64,000 bases of DNA, taken from contig CAVSMN010000015.1 of the NCBI GenBank assembly GCA_963729045.1, forward strand, positions 64,001 through 128,000, read 5' to 3'. Below, in pieces: positions 33,122 through 44,597 of this stretch. The position numbers were made by a program, and so were the translations under genes. The DNA comes from an uncultured Nitrososphaeraceae archaeon (GTDB lineage: Archaea > Thermoproteota > Nitrososphaeria > Nitrososphaerales > Nitrososphaeraceae). The notes beneath the pieces were generated by a model. It ran no database searches. It was not told the DNA's origin and saw nothing but the letters and a program-made list of their open reading frames with translations. The first letter of the stretch is position 1. Each line of letters starts with the position of its first letter.

Positions 33122-35371
33122 TTGTTTATCTTGTCGAAAATTCTATCTTTCTATCTGCGGGGTAAATTGCTACGAAGAGTACCTGATGAGGTTCCTTTAA
33201 AAATAGCAGAAACTGAAATCAAATTTGTGGGCAAAGGCTTGGCCCTAGTGGATCCGAAAATACTTGGTGAGCTCCAACTAAATGTCGGTGATGTATTGAA
33301 ATTAAGGGGAAAGAAAGGTCTTACATATGTCAAACTGTCTGAAGGGTTAAATTCCGATTACGGCAGGAAGATAATTCGAGTTGATGGTTATACCAGAGGT
33401 ATTCTGGAATCTGGAATTGATGATCATATTATGATTAGTCCTGTTGAAATTGTCAGTGAGGCTAAGGAAGTTCAGTTAATCCCATTGGAAGAGCTAGAAT
33501 ATTCAGGGTTCAAGAATTCCCTAGGGAACTTGTTAGATGGACGGGTGATCTCCAAATCGGATACTATCCCTATTAATCTGGTAGGGAAGAAGATCATTTT
33601 TTTGGTAAATTTCATGAATCCAAGTTCAAGTCCTTTACTAGTAACGAATTCCACAAAATTCTCGATTGGTACTTTTAAGAAGAATAGTTCCTATGCCTTT
33701 GAGAGAATTAATTATGAGGATATTGGTGGAATTAGAGATTCGATTCTTAAAATAAGGGAAATGATTGAATTGCCAATTAGACATCCGGAATTATTCGAAA
33801 AATTGGGAATCGATGCACCCAAAGGTGTATTGTTATACGGTCCACCAGGCACAGGGAAAACGCTGCTTGCAAAAGCAGTTGCAAATGAAACAAACGCTTC
33901 CTTCTTTTCCATAAGTGGGCCTGAGATAATGAGCAAGTTTTATGGTGAAAGTGAGAAAAGACTGCGGGAGACCTTTCAACAAGCAAAAGAGAAATCTCCA
34001 TCAATACTTTTTATTGATGAACTAGATTCTATCGCACCAAAACGCGAGGATGTATCAGGCGAGGTCGAAAGGCGTATAGTATCTCAGCTTTTAACGTTGA
34101 TGGATGGGATAAATTCTAGAGGTAAGATCATTGTAATAGGTGCTTCAAATAGACCAAATGCTATAGACCAAGCCCTTAGAAGACCTGGTAGGTTTGATAG
34201 AGAAATTGAAATAGGTATTCCTGATGATGATGGGAGATTGGATATACTAAATATTCATACAAAGGGGATGCCCCTTGGTCGGGATGTTGACCTAAAACGG
34301 GTATCAAGACTAACACATGGATTTGTAGGTGCAGATTTGGAAGTTTTAACAAAAGAAGCCGCAATGCGCTCACTAAGACGGTTGATCCCCCAAGTTAATA
34401 TTGATCAAACACCCTTACCACAAGATTTACTCGATAAAATAACGATCATTGATTCAGATTTTAATAATGCTCTGAAAGATGTCACTCCGTCAGCAATTAG
34501 AGAGTTCTCTATCCAAAAGCCTAATGTCAAGTGGAGTGAAATAGGTGGGTTAGATTCTTTGAAAGAAGAGTTAGCAGATTTGATCGACTGGCTATTAAAT
34601 CACTCTGAAATATATGAAATAGCCGATATACGACCTCCAAAGGGATTACTATTATACGGAATTCCCGGAACTGGAAAGACTTTGATCGCAAAAGCTGTCG
34701 CTTCAAATTCTAACGCAAATTTTATCAGCATAAAGGGTGCCGAATTGTTATCTAAATGGGTCGGAGAATCTGAGAAGGCAATCCAGGAAGTTTTCAGAAA
34801 AGCTAGACAGATAGCCCCTTGTATTGTTTTCTTTGATGAATTTGATTCTATTGCACTTCAAAGGAAAACGGAGAGAGAGGGGACAGATTCAACTGCTAAA
34901 ATGATGAGTCAGATTCTAACCGAGATGGACGGAATCGAAAATTTAGATGGTGTATTTGTCATTGGTGCCACCAATAGGATTGATTTGATAGATGAAGCAC
35001 TTTTGAGACCTGGCCGCTTTGATAGGATTATAGAAATTCCTGTTCCTACGGTCGAATCCAGAAGACAAATAGTTAAAATACATCTTAAAAAAAAGCCTTT
35101 GGATGAAAAAACCGTGACTATTGATAGAATATTGAAATTAACTGATGGCTTCACTGGGGCTCAAATTGAAGGCATGATTAATCATGCATCAATTTTGGCT
35201 CTAAGGGACTTTCTAAGAAAACATAGAAAGTTCGAGGCAGTTAATGTTAATACTACAAATAGTAAACTAACAAAACAGGATTTAAAGAATTTTAGGATTA
35301 CTTTTGAATTTTTTAAATTGGCAAAAGAAAAGGTTATGACAAATACTAAGGGCCGCAACATAATGCGTTAA
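33122..35371 (+). CDS. cdc48: CDC48/VCP-family AAA+ ATPase (start uncertain)
   Basis: N-domain plus two AAA modules ([14 protein letters not shown] and [14 protein letters not shown], both with RPGRFDR). Confidence 0.95.
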   Translation: MFILSKILSFYLRGKLLRRVPDEVPLKIAETEIKFVGKGLALVDPKILGELQLNVGDVLKLRGKKGLTYVKLSEGLNSDYGRKIIRVDGYTRGILESGIDDHIMISPVEIVSEAKEVQLIPLEELEYSGFKNSLGNLLDGRVISKSDTIPINLVGKKIIFLVNFMNPSSSPLLVTNSTKFSIGTFKKNSSYAFERINYEDIGGIRDSILKIREMIELPIRHPELFEKLGIDAPKGVLLYGPPGTGKTLLAKAVANETNASFFSISGPEIMSKFYGESEKRLRETFQQAKEKSPSILFIDELDSIAPKREDVSGEVERRIVSQLLTLMDGINSRGKIIVIGASNRPNAIDQALRRPGRFDREIEIGIPDDDGRLDILNIHTKGMPLGRDVDLKRVSRLTHGFVGADLEVLTKEAAMRSLRRLIPQVNIDQTPLPQDLLDKITIIDSDFNNALKDVTPSAIREFSIQKPNVKWSEIGGLDSLKEELADLIDWLLNHSEIYEIADIRPPKGLLLYGIPGTGKTLIAKAVASNSNANFISIKGAELLSKWVGESEKAIQEVFRKARQIAPCIVFFDEFDSIALQRKTEREGTDSTAKMMSQILTEMDGIENLDGVFVIGATNRIDLIDEALLRPGRFDRIIEIPVPTVESRRQIVKIHLKKKPLDEKTVTIDRILKLTDGFTGAQIEGMINHASILALRDFLRKHRKFEAVNVNTTNSKLTKQDLKNFRITFEFFKLAKEKVMTNTKGRNIMR

Positions 35372-35549
35372 ATCATTATTTCATGTCGTATCCTGATTTC
35401 CTTAAAAATTAGCCATGAATTGACAACATGAAGGATTCTAATTCAAATGACCATTGCATTGATGGTATAAATGCTTAGAATTGATTCGGCGAATACTAGA
35501 ATTAGTAGTTGTAATATTTTTATTCTTTAATCCAATCAAAAAGATATTA

Positions 35550-35966
35550 TCATTCGACCTTTTTGGCAATCCTTTCTAGGGCTTCATCTGTTCCCTTTAA
35601 AATATGTTTTTTGATAAAGAATGTGAACAAACTCATTAATCCTTTCATATGAATATCCCAGTCCACTCTGATTTCGCATTTTTCAGTGTCTATTTTTGTT
35701 ACATTTATTATCTTTGTTCCTACTATTGGTCCTTCTCTGATTACTATTGTTATTTGTTTTGGAGGTATTAACGTTACCAATTCTAGACATTTTGAATTTC
35801 TGAATGCAATAATAGTTTCTCGCTCAGTCGTGTTTCCTTCTCTTTTTATATTTTTCACAGCTTTTATACCGTGCCAAAAATCGGGATCCTTATCAATATC
35901 CGAGATAATGCTCCATATCAATTCATCCGATGAATTAATTTTTCTGGTAGTTGATATTAGTGTCAT
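35550..35966 (-). CDS. SRPBCC/START-like (polyketide cyclase) protein
   Basis: W.IISD....FW.GI..V and C-terminal ALERI helix. Confidence 0.75.
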   Translation of the reverse strand: MTLISTTRKINSSDELIWSIISDIDKDPDFWHGIKAVKNIKREGNTTERETIIAFRNSKCLELVTLIPPKQITIVIREGPIVGTKIINVTKIDTEKCEIRVDWDIHMKGLMSLFTFFIKKHILKGTDEALERIAKKVE

Positions 35967-36418
35967 TATTACTAATCATATCTTTGGTATTTTAATTTGT
36001 ATTGAAATTAGTGTAATTAAATTCTATTTTGGTATTTTCGTTAACAAATGGATTACTATCAAATCATAAAACTAGATTCTTTAAAAAGTGTATACTTTTA
36101 CTAGTGAATAGTTCAGTTCATTTTCGGTACAAAATAACCATATCTGACCAATTTATCATTAACTTTTAGATTAAGTCGATGCTTTTCTAGCAAGGATCCT
36201 CTTCAGATCTAGTAACATAATTTTCATTGCGGTTCTATTGTTGCCTCATATTAAAGAAACATCGATCACTTGAAATGAAAATATTTTTCTACTTGGGGTT
36301 TAGTTTGCTTTTTGCCTACAATGATTTGAACCCCTTTGTAATCAGAAACAATTCGATTATTCCATTTGTGAGATCGGTGTAAAGTCCGTTCTTGTTTCTG
36401 TAATCGATATAATGTAAT

Positions 36419-37162
36419 TTAACCTATTCCAGGCCCTGACTTTTTTGATGTTTCTCCATAGTTATCATTTCTTTTGTTTTTATCGAGCATTTGATTCTCA
36501 TATTCCAAATCAAATCCATCGGTATTAATTGCAATATTCTCTAGAATGGAAAAAACTTTTAAAACAGATTTTGCAGCTAAAGGTTGTTTTTCATTGGTTT
36601 CCACTATCTCCCCAAAAAGACCTATCGCTTTAAACTTCATTTCGCTTGCAATTCCAAGAACTACTCCATTAAACCAGGTAATAACTTCAATTTCTTTATC
36701 AAAGATATTAATTCCTAGGGTTTTTAACTTGATAACCATCTCGTTATCTGTTGAGACTGCGTATACCTTTGGTGCTTGAGCTAATTGAGGCTGGTGATAT
36801 CCTCCCGATGTATAAATAATTCTTGGAACACCAATATTTTTTATTATGTTAAAAGCGGTTAAACACAAGTTAAAGAGGTTAGTAGGATCCTGGGGTTGTT
36901 CTTTACCTGTCATGATTATAACTTTATTTTCGTAATTAACGAAAAAGTCGTATGTATCTATTACAGGCTTGACCAACCCCTTTTCATTTTTTACCCAAGG
37001 TTTTTCAAAGATTCCGATCTCTGCAAATCTTTCCACTTGAAGTTCCTTAATCAAATGTTCTGATACAAGCCCACCAACTTTACCCATATCTGGCAGGGAG
37101 GCAAAAAAAATAAAATTGTCTAACTTTATTTCTTTGAGCATCTTGATCGAAATATTCATCAT
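36419..37162 (-). CDS. PAC2-family proteasome assembly chaperone-like protein
   Basis: LPDMGKVGGL..HLI, EQP, IYTSGGY and GLFGE..PLAAK motifs. Confidence 0.85.
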   Translation of the reverse strand: MMNISIKMLKEIKLDNFIFFASLPDMGKVGGLVSEHLIKELQVERFAEIGIFEKPWVKNEKGLVKPVIDTYDFFVNYENKVIIMTGKEQPQDPTNLFNLCLTAFNIIKNIGVPRIIYTSGGYHQPQLAQAPKVYAVSTDNEMVIKLKTLGINIFDKEIEVITWFNGVVLGIASEMKFKAIGLFGEIVETNEKQPLAAKSVLKVFSILENIAINTDGFDLEYENQMLDKNKRNDNYGETSKKSGPGIG

Positions 37163-37450
37163 TTTTGTCGATTATACTTCTTTCTTTTATATTAAAATTA
37201 TTGATAACCTTTGCAAAAATCATGTAATATTCTAAAGGATCTAGCGATCAAAATAGAGGTGATCAATCTAAACATTTAGAAAATTTTATCAGCCTTTGTT
37301 TTATGAAGTCAAGATCAAGATGGTGCTTGTCATTTTGTAGGAGTTGACCTTTTTTCTCTGTCTAACTTGAGCACAGCAAATCTAGGTCAAAAAAATGTTT
37401 AGATATAGATTTATATCTTTTTGGACTTTTGTACAAGGCAGCGATTATAT

Positions 37451-37882
37451 CTAAAGCTGTTTGATTCGTTTAATCATTTCAATAGTTTTCAAACTATTTT
37501 GAACAATTTCCAAATATCTCTTGTATTTTTTTGGGCTGGCCGTGGTATTTTGTTCTCTGTTGAGTTCAACTAAAGTTTGAAGAACCTGATGTTCTACTTG
37601 ATTCAACACTTCCTGGATATCATCAAAAGTATTCAGAGTCCTTTTATTATCATCGTCGCTCCTCACGTGGCTGAACTCTTTTTTAGTTTCGATATCATTA
37701 GGAAGGGTTTCTAGTTGTTCAATTTTATCCTGTTCTAAATGTTGGCAATTCATACAAATTACTTCATCCTTATACTTTATCTGAAGATTTCCACATTTTT
37801 TACAAGGCTCTGAAAGTAGAGTACCTCCCCTTAACAGATAATAAGCCCCTTGTTTAATCAAATCATTGTTCATTTTAGTCAA
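37451..37882 (-). CDS. SSSCA1/UPF0148 zinc-ribbon protein
   Basis: LLRGGTLLSEPCKKCG..C..C. Confidence 0.85.
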   Translation of the reverse strand: MTKMNNDLIKQGAYYLLRGGTLLSEPCKKCGNLQIKYKDEVICMNCQHLEQDKIEQLETLPNDIETKKEFSHVRSDDDNKRTLNTFDDIQEVLNQVEHQVLQTLVELNREQNTTASPKKYKRYLEIVQNSLKTIEMIKRIKQL

Positions 37883-38400
37883 GTAATGGTTCTATCATCA
37901 ACTTTTCTATCATCAACTTGAATTTTTTCCTGATTATTTAGCTTCTTTAATTCATTCACTAAAAAGTCTTTATACTTATTCTTTTCTTCTTCTGTCATCC
38001 TGTCCAGATTTGAACTTAGTGTGGATCCTATTGCCGAAATTCTGTCAATCAAATCCATGGTCATGAATTTTCCCATATTACCAATTCTGAACATCACTTC
38101 CAGTTGTTTTTGCATTATGTTATGCGCTGATTTGATATCTGAGGCTATCGAAATGCCTTTCTTTGTTATCCTATACCTACCATTTTCGTGCTCTTCAATT
38201 AGTCCTTCCTCAAGTAACCTTCCAAGCAATGGATAGATAAGGCCCGGAGATGGTTTCCATTTTCCACCTGTCTGAACTATTGCTTTGTCGATGATTTCCT
38301 TACCCGTCATTGGTTGTTCAGCTAACAGCTCCAAGATATAATGGCGCGAGAACCCTCTAGGAATAGCACTTCCTACCCGGGACAACCAGTCAGATATCAT
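37879..38400 (-). CDS. PadR-family transcriptional regulator
   Basis: WKPSPGLIYPLL..L.EEGLI..Y.ITKKG. Confidence 0.9.
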   Translation of the reverse strand: MISDWLSRVGSAIPRGFSRHYILELLAEQPMTGKEIIDKAIVQTGGKWKPSPGLIYPLLGRLLEEGLIEEHENGRYRITKKGISIASDIKSAHNIMQKQLEVMFRIGNMGKFMTMDLIDRISAIGSTLSSNLDRMTEEEKNKYKDFLVNELKKLNNQEKIQVDDRKVDDRTIT

Positions 38401-38862
38401 TTTATAATAAATATATCACTAGCGACTTATTAAAATTTTCCTTTTGAATAATTTAGACAAATATGTTAATTACTTAAAACACATGGATCTGTTTTCCTTC
38501 TTTGATAATTTCAAATATTCATATTCTATTATTTAGTGGTTCTCTATAGCTAGTTCTACATCTGCTTGATAGTTTTCCAATTCTTTTTCATCCGATTGTT
38601 CAATTATCTTTCTCTTCTGGATGATGTTTTCATTCATTTTACCTATATATTGTATGAAGATGGATATAAGACTTATTTCTGCTGTTTTCGTTACATTCTG
38701 TCCTATTATTACACTTATACGATCCTTTTTATATAAATTTTACAATTTAGGGATCCCGTTAAGAGTCGTCCTTGTAATTATTATCAGAAAAATTATACTC
38801 TTGTCTTGACCCGGCTAGCATAGTTTTTATTTAGGAAAATGGAATGCTCATTTATAAGCAAG

Positions 38863-39345
38863 TTGTCAGTCGAAGAGTTTAAACATATTCTAAGAATTGC
38901 CGGGAAAGATATCGAAGGCAGCAAAAAGTCAGTAGTTGCGTTAAGTGAAGTTAAAGGTGTTGGTTATAATTTGTCTCAGGTAATATTACAGTCTTTGAAC
39001 ATTAATCCATACTTAAGGGTGGGATTTTTGACTGATAAAGAACTTTCTGATATTGAGAATTCTATCAGAAATATAGGAACTATCGGTGTGCCGAGCTGGT
39101 ATCTTAATAGAAGAAAAGATATGGATTCAGGAGCCGATATTCATTTAATTACATCAGATTTGGATTTTACCAAATCAAATGATATTGAGAGAGAAAAGTC
39201 TGTAATGAGTTGGAGAGGGTACAGACATATGTTTGGTTTGAGAGTTAGAGGTCAGTGCACCAGAACTACAGGCAGGAAGGCCAGTGCAGTGGGGGTAAAG
39301 AAGGCTTCAGGAAAGGCACCAGCTGGCGCAGCAGGATCTAAATAA
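38863..39345 (+). CDS. rps13: 30S ribosomal protein S13 (uS13)
   Basis: RIAGKDIEG, GVG, WYLNRRKD and WRGYRH..GLRVRGQ.TRTTGR; TTG start at 38863 likely. Confidence 0.97.
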   Translation: MSVEEFKHILRIAGKDIEGSKKSVVALSEVKGVGYNLSQVILQSLNINPYLRVGFLTDKELSDIENSIRNIGTIGVPSWYLNRRKDMDSGADIHLITSDLDFTKSNDIEREKSVMSWRGYRHMFGLRVRGQCTRTTGRKASAVGVKKASGKAPAGAAGSK

Positions 39346-39360
39346 ATTGAGGTGATTTGA

Positions 39361-39870
39361 GTGGGAGATCCTAGAAAATCAAAAAAGAATTATAATCGAC
39401 CTCGTAGCATTTGGACAAGCGATCAAATAAGTTCAGAGTTATATGTAGTCGGTTCTTATGGTTTAAGAAATAAGCGTGAGTTATGGAAAGCTCAAACAGA
39501 AATTGCCCGGATAAGGAATCAAGCACGTGCCCTTTTATCTTTATCAATTGATGTCAGACACGAAAAGGAAACACAGTTATTAAACTATCTTTCTAGGCTT
39601 GGTCTTGTTTCTACCGGTTCGTCTCTGGATGACGTTTTGAACTTAAAAATAGAAGATATTTTGGAGAGGCGATTGCAAACAATCATTATGAAAAAATCTA
39701 ATCTAAAATCACCATATCAAGCTCGCCAGCTAGTTGTACATGGTCATGTCAGCTTAGGAAATAGAAAGATAAATCTACCAGGCTATTTGGTAAGGAAAGA
39801 GGAAGAACCTCAGATACTTGTGCATTTTACTCCTACGATTGAAACCTCTGAGCCTATAAAAAACAGTTGA
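39361..39870 (+). CDS. rps4: 30S ribosomal protein S4 (uS4)
   Basis: MGDPRK, YGLRNKRELW, LERRLQT and ARQLVVHGH. Confidence 0.97.
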   Translation: MGDPRKSKKNYNRPRSIWTSDQISSELYVVGSYGLRNKRELWKAQTEIARIRNQARALLSLSIDVRHEKETQLLNYLSRLGLVSTGSSLDDVLNLKIEDILERRLQTIIMKKSNLKSPYQARQLVVHGHVSLGNRKINLPGYLVRKEEEPQILVHFTPTIETSEPIKNS

Positions 39871-39883
39871 AATTTTTAGAGAC

Positions 39884-40867
39884 TCAAGTTCTTACAACTT
39901 TTTCTATATCGACATAGTCTATCTTGCCATCACTATCCATGTCATAGCCTTGAACCAAAGCTTCCCATTCTTGCTCATCTCCTGAATAATCTGAAAATGT
40001 TTTTTTACTAAAGTTAGTAAATGCAATTACGGCAGATTTAGTTCCAATTGATCTCACCCCAGCGATCAAAATTATTGATTTTTTGTGGTTGAATGGATTT
40101 CTAAATTTTGCAATAATCCCCAAATTGTCTTGATGGTAAATTCTCCCAGGTTTGTCCACGAGCCCTGACCAAAAGTTTTCTTCATTAAACTTAATCGGTA
40201 AATATCTGTTAAATTCAGAAGAAACTATGTTTGTTCCAGGACCACCGATTATGATCAAGTTATTATCTTCTAGCTCCTTTTCAGCCTTTGCGTCTTCATC
40301 TAACTTTACAACAAACCCTTGAGGCAAATTGCATATATTTCCTAAAAAAAAAGCCAATTGAATTGCATAATGCCCGTCTCTAGCTGATGTCTTAAAGATT
40401 CCGTGAGGATTAGGCGATCCCACGATGACTAAGCCGTCGAATTTGTTATTTTCGTCGATGAATTCCTTTAAAAACTTTCTAGCAGCCAAGAATTCGGTAG
40501 TTTTTTTCCAATCATTTAGGTTGTAATCAATTGATAATTTTTCGCCCCATTCCATTTCGATACCGAAAGCGGGGCTGGTAGCTGTGTATAGTTTTGCAGT
40601 ACCGCCCTTGACAAAATATGTTCCTGATTCTCCAATTGCTCCAATTGAAACTAATTTTCTAATATAGTAATAAGCGCTTTGTTCGTAGATCTCTAATTCT
40701 TTAGCTATCTGAGCTGTATACCTGGGTCTATCGGAAATCAGCCTCAGTATCTTCCAGGCGATCGGATTTGATAAAACTTGGATTTCTTTTTGTTTTTCAA
40801 ACACTATGATTTTTTTCTCATAGAGTCTTCCTTCCTTTTCATAGATTATTTTTTTCTCAATCGCCAT
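39884..40867 (-). CDS. ArsR-like wHTH protein with C-terminal alpha/beta domain
   Basis: N-terminal wHTH (IAKEL..EQ..YYYIRKL); C-terminal NLIIIGGP..N and IILIAG..GTKSA. Confidence 0.7.
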   Translation of the reverse strand: MAIEKKIIYEKEGRLYEKKIIVFEKQKEIQVLSNPIAWKILRLISDRPRYTAQIAKELEIYEQSAYYYIRKLVSIGAIGESGTYFVKGGTAKLYTATSPAFGIEMEWGEKLSIDYNLNDWKKTTEFLAARKFLKEFIDENNKFDGLVIVGSPNPHGIFKTSARDGHYAIQLAFFLGNICNLPQGFVVKLDEDAKAEKELEDNNLIIIGGPGTNIVSSEFNRYLPIKFNEENFWSGLVDKPGRIYHQDNLGIIAKFRNPFNHKKSIILIAGVRSIGTKSAVIAFTNFSKKTFSDYSGDEQEWEALVQGYDMDSDGKIDYVDIEKVVRT

Positions 40868-41035
40868 AATATATGATGTTATAATTTTTTTTTTGCTGGT
40901 ATATATTTTTTGTTATATTAAAAAAATAATTAAGAACAGCGACGAACAAATTATTCCTGTTGATTATATCTTTTTTTATAACGGAAAGATCTTATTTTTG
41001 ATAAAGGTTTTAAATAATTTTTTTTAAGAATAGTT

Positions 41036-42811
41036 GTGTGTTCAATTATTGGGTACAGTGGGAAGTTAGTCTCCGCGGCTCCGTTATTAGTTGAGAGCTT
41101 GAAAAAGATGGAGTATAGAGGCTACGACAGCGTAGGAATTGCAACCTTAAATGACGGAAATATTTTGGTGAGTAAGGGCGTAGGGAAAGTAGCAGAAGTT
41201 GATAAAGAAATGAATCTCAATAAACTTCCTGGACAAATGGGAATAGGACATACCCGTTGGGCAACTCATGGTGGTGTAAACGATAAGAATGCTCATCCAC
41301 ATTATTCATGTTCATCCAATATCGCTGTAGTTCATAACGGAATAATTGAAAATTACCAAGAATTGAAATCGGAGCTAACAAGAGATGGTCATGTTTTTAA
41401 AAGCCAGACTGACAGTGAGGTCATTGCTCATCTGTTAGAAAAATACTACAAAGAATCTGACTCTAATGTAAAAGAAACTATGATGAAAACTTGTCGGGTT
41501 CTTAAAGGTTCTTTTGCCTTTGTCGCTATTTTCGATAACGGTATTATTACTGGTGCAAGATTCGATGAACCTTTGATAATAGGAATTTCTGAGAGTGCTT
41601 TGTTTCTGTCTAGCGATGTATTAGGTTTCCTGAAATACACTGATAAATCTGTTTTCTTAGATAATGGTGATATTGTAGTAATTGATAATAATTCTTATCG
41701 TATATTTGATATTAATGAACGAATTGTAAATCGACCTATAACCCAGGTTGCATGGGAACTAGGGTCTACTGAAAAGGGAAAGTATGCACATCACACTATA
41801 AAAGAAATTCATGAACAATCATTAACTCTGTTGAAACCATTTCAAGATTTCAATAATTTTAAAAATTTTTGTGAATTCTTGAAAAATGCTTCCAATGTAT
41901 ATATCACTGGTAGCGGAACTAGCTACAACTCTGGTTTGTTGGGAAAGCAACTTCTTTCAAAATTTGCCAAGATAAAAACCGAGGTAATTATGTCAAGCGA
42001 ATTTCAATATTCTTCGGACTCTTTGGAGGCCAATTCAGCTGTAATAGCCATTTCCCAAAGTGGTGAAACTGCTGATGTATTACATTCAGTAAAAAAAGCT
42101 AAGGAAAATGGTGCAAAAATTCTTTCAATAGTGAACGTACCTACTTCGTCTCTGGCAAGAATGAGTGATTCAATTCTTACCCTGAATTGTGGCCCCGAAA
42201 TAGGAGTTGCTGCCACCAAGAGTTTCATGGGCCAGTTGATGATAATATATAAAATCGTCAATATCTTATCACGGGGTCAAATGCCTTTTGATGAAATTAA
42301 TCAAAAGGATTTACTAATGATGGTAAGAAAAGTATTGAACTTAGATGATATTATTCAAAAGCTTGTCTCATCATTGGACACAAATATTAAAGATATATAC
42401 ATTTTGGGCAGGTCCATTCATTATCCTATTGCCTTAGAGGGGTCGTTAAAAATTAAAGAGTTGGCCTATATACATGCAGAAGGTATCGCTGCAGGTGAGT
42501 TAAAACATGGACCACTGGCATTGATTGACAAAGAGTCTGTGGTTGTTGTCTTAAACCCTACCGATGAAACCTATCAAGACGTTATTTCTAGTTCTAATGA
42601 AATAAAATCACGTGGAGCCTATATAATTGGAATTTCAAACAAAAAAAATGAGGTATATGATCGGTTTGTAGAATTACCTGAAGTTGATAGCTATCTTTAT
42701 CCAATTCTTGAAATTATCCCATTACAACTGATGTCATACTATTTGGCTTTACAGAAACAAGTTGATCCAGATTATCCTAGAAATTTGGCCAAATCCGTGA
42801 CCGTAAAATAA
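41036..42811 (+). CDS. glmS: Glutamine--fructose-6-phosphate aminotransferase
   Basis: N-terminal Cys, EYRGYDS, GHTRWATHG, SQSGETAD, ELKHGP and PRNLAKSVTV. Confidence 0.97.
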   Translation: MCSIIGYSGKLVSAAPLLVESLKKMEYRGYDSVGIATLNDGNILVSKGVGKVAEVDKEMNLNKLPGQMGIGHTRWATHGGVNDKNAHPHYSCSSNIAVVHNGIIENYQELKSELTRDGHVFKSQTDSEVIAHLLEKYYKESDSNVKETMMKTCRVLKGSFAFVAIFDNGIITGARFDEPLIIGISESALFLSSDVLGFLKYTDKSVFLDNGDIVVIDNNSYRIFDINERIVNRPITQVAWELGSTEKGKYAHHTIKEIHEQSLTLLKPFQDFNNFKNFCEFLKNASNVYITGSGTSYNSGLLGKQLLSKFAKIKTEVIMSSEFQYSSDSLEANSAVIAISQSGETADVLHSVKKAKENGAKILSIVNVPTSSLARMSDSILTLNCGPEIGVAATKSFMGQLMIIYKIVNILSRGQMPFDEINQKDLLMMVRKVLNLDDIIQKLVSSLDTNIKDIYILGRSIHYPIALEGSLKIKELAYIHAEGIAAGELKHGPLALIDKESVVVVLNPTDETYQDVISSSNEIKSRGAYIIGISNKKNEVYDRFVELPEVDSYLYPILEIIPLQLMSYYLALQKQVDPDYPRNLAKSVTVK

Positions 42812-42859
42812 AATGCTTACTATTATATTGAAATAATTTCCCTTAATTTATTTGGAATA

Positions 42860-43615
42860 ATGACTACGCTAGGCAATAGGATTGAAAATTGTGTATTTCC
42901 AGTCGATTACTTTTATGATCTTGATAACTTTACTTGGATAAAATCAACTGATGAGCCGGACGATAAAAGGAATGACGTTAGGCATGTCCTTGTAGGCATA
43001 ACTCCAGTATATTCCTATATAACCGGCAGGGTACTCAAATTTAAAACAAAACCTGTTGGCACAGACATTATTAGAAATAGGAGCTTGGGTACCATTGAGA
43101 GTTTAAACCACTTTGGAATAATTCGTTCTCCAGTATCTGGGAGTATTGTGGAAATAAATCAAGAAATCATTAATAATCCTAAGATTGTTAACGACTCCCC
43201 ATTTGAACGTGGATGGATTGCAAAGATCAGGACTAATGATAATCTAGATAGTCTTGATTCGATAAAAACCATCGAGGAGTGTAAGTATGAGATAGGGGCT
43301 CAAATTAAGAAATTCAATGTGAAATGTTTTAAATCATTCCCTGATTTTCACATGTTTGAATTAGGAACTGAATGCTCCGCCACTTTAGCAAAATTAGATG
43401 AATTCATGGAGAAAAATATGCGTATTGGACATGTCATAAGACTTGTGTCCGATGATCCTACTGCTGATCTTGAATTATTGCGTTGGGCTGATCAAAACAA
43501 ACAAGAAATCGTTGAAATTGTGCAAGAGAAAAACCCCGTGCAGTCCTCCTTACCAAACTCTAGTAATAATTACTTATTCAATATAATTATTAAAAAAATA
43601 AAAAATCAAGAATAA
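42860..43615 (+). CDS. GcvH/LbpA-like domain fused to TusA/SirA-like sulfur-carrier domain
   Basis: N-terminal VGIT, IES..., SPVSG.IVEIN and N.SPF..GWI (H-protein fold). C-terminal G.EC, V.DDP.A..L..W and IIIKK (TusA fold). Confidence 0.85.
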   Translation: MTTLGNRIENCVFPVDYFYDLDNFTWIKSTDEPDDKRNDVRHVLVGITPVYSYITGRVLKFKTKPVGTDIIRNRSLGTIESLNHFGIIRSPVSGSIVEINQEIINNPKIVNDSPFERGWIAKIRTNDNLDSLDSIKTIEECKYEIGAQIKKFNVKCFKSFPDFHMFELGTECSATLAKLDEFMEKNMRIGHVIRLVSDDPTADLELLRWADQNKQEIVEIVQEKNPVQSSLPNSSNNYLFNIIIKKIKNQE

Positions 43616-43624
43616 AGGAATAAT

Positions 43625-44474
43625 CTATTTTTCAATCGGGTTTCCTATCATATTACCCCATTCTGTCCATGAACCATCATAGTTCTTAACATCTGGGTAA
43701 CCTAAAAGATATTTTAGCACAAACCATGTATGTGATGATCTTTCTCCAATTCTGCAGTATGAAATTACTTCCTTTTCTGGAATGATGCCATTTTCCTTGT
43801 AAAGTTTCATCAAATCTTCGGGCGATTTGAACGTTCCATCCTCATTAACTGCTTTTCCCCACGGTACATTAATGGCTGCAGGAATGTGGCCTCCCCTTTG
43901 GGCGTGTTCAGTTGGGTATTCGGCAGGCGCAGTCACTTCTCCAGTAAACTCGGGTGGCGACCTGACATCAACTAATATGCTTTGGTTGTTTTTGAGTGAT
44001 TCTGACACATGATTTAGATATGTTCTTATTTTCTCATCAGGGTTAGATGCTTTGAAATTGCCTGTTTGGATATGTTGGAATTGTTTTATCGATAGATCTG
44101 TCCTCTTCAAGCCATTTTTTTCTGCCACCATTCATTATCCGCACATCCTTATAGCCATAATACTTGAATACCCAAAAAGCAAAAGCCGCGAACCAATTAT
44201 TGAAATCTCCGTAAAGTATGAGAGTCGAATCCTGATTTATTCCTGATTTTTTGAGTAATTCTTCACACGATTCTTTTGAAATGATGTTCCTGTTCAATGG
44301 GTCATTGATATCTTTCTTCCAATCAAATAACACTGACCCGGGAATATGTCCTAAATGGTAGTTTGCTTTTGGATCATAGTCTACTTCTGCAATTCTTACA
44401 TTCGGATCTTTTAGGTGAGCTTCAGTCCAATTTGTGTCAACTAAGACTTCAGGGTGAGCATATCTATTCGACAT
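43625..44474 (-). CDS. Two-domain thiosulfate sulfurtransferase (rhodanese), +1 frameshift at about 44066
   Basis: GHIPG, DVRS..EF.G, active-site YCRIGER and YDGSWTEWG. Confidence 0.93.
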
Positions 44475-44597
44475 ATATCAAATAAAATTAAACCATAAAC
44501 GGGTATTTAAATAGTAAAAAAATCCTATTCCTTACAGTTTATCCGTATTTTTTTCGATATCAAAAACGATTTTAATGATGTCGCTATAATTAGTTTT

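Noticed and set aside
37266..37404. 12-bp inverted repeat ATCTAAACATTT/AAATGTTTAGAT
   Set aside because: AT-rich, single copy, no target-site duplication; plausible by chance.
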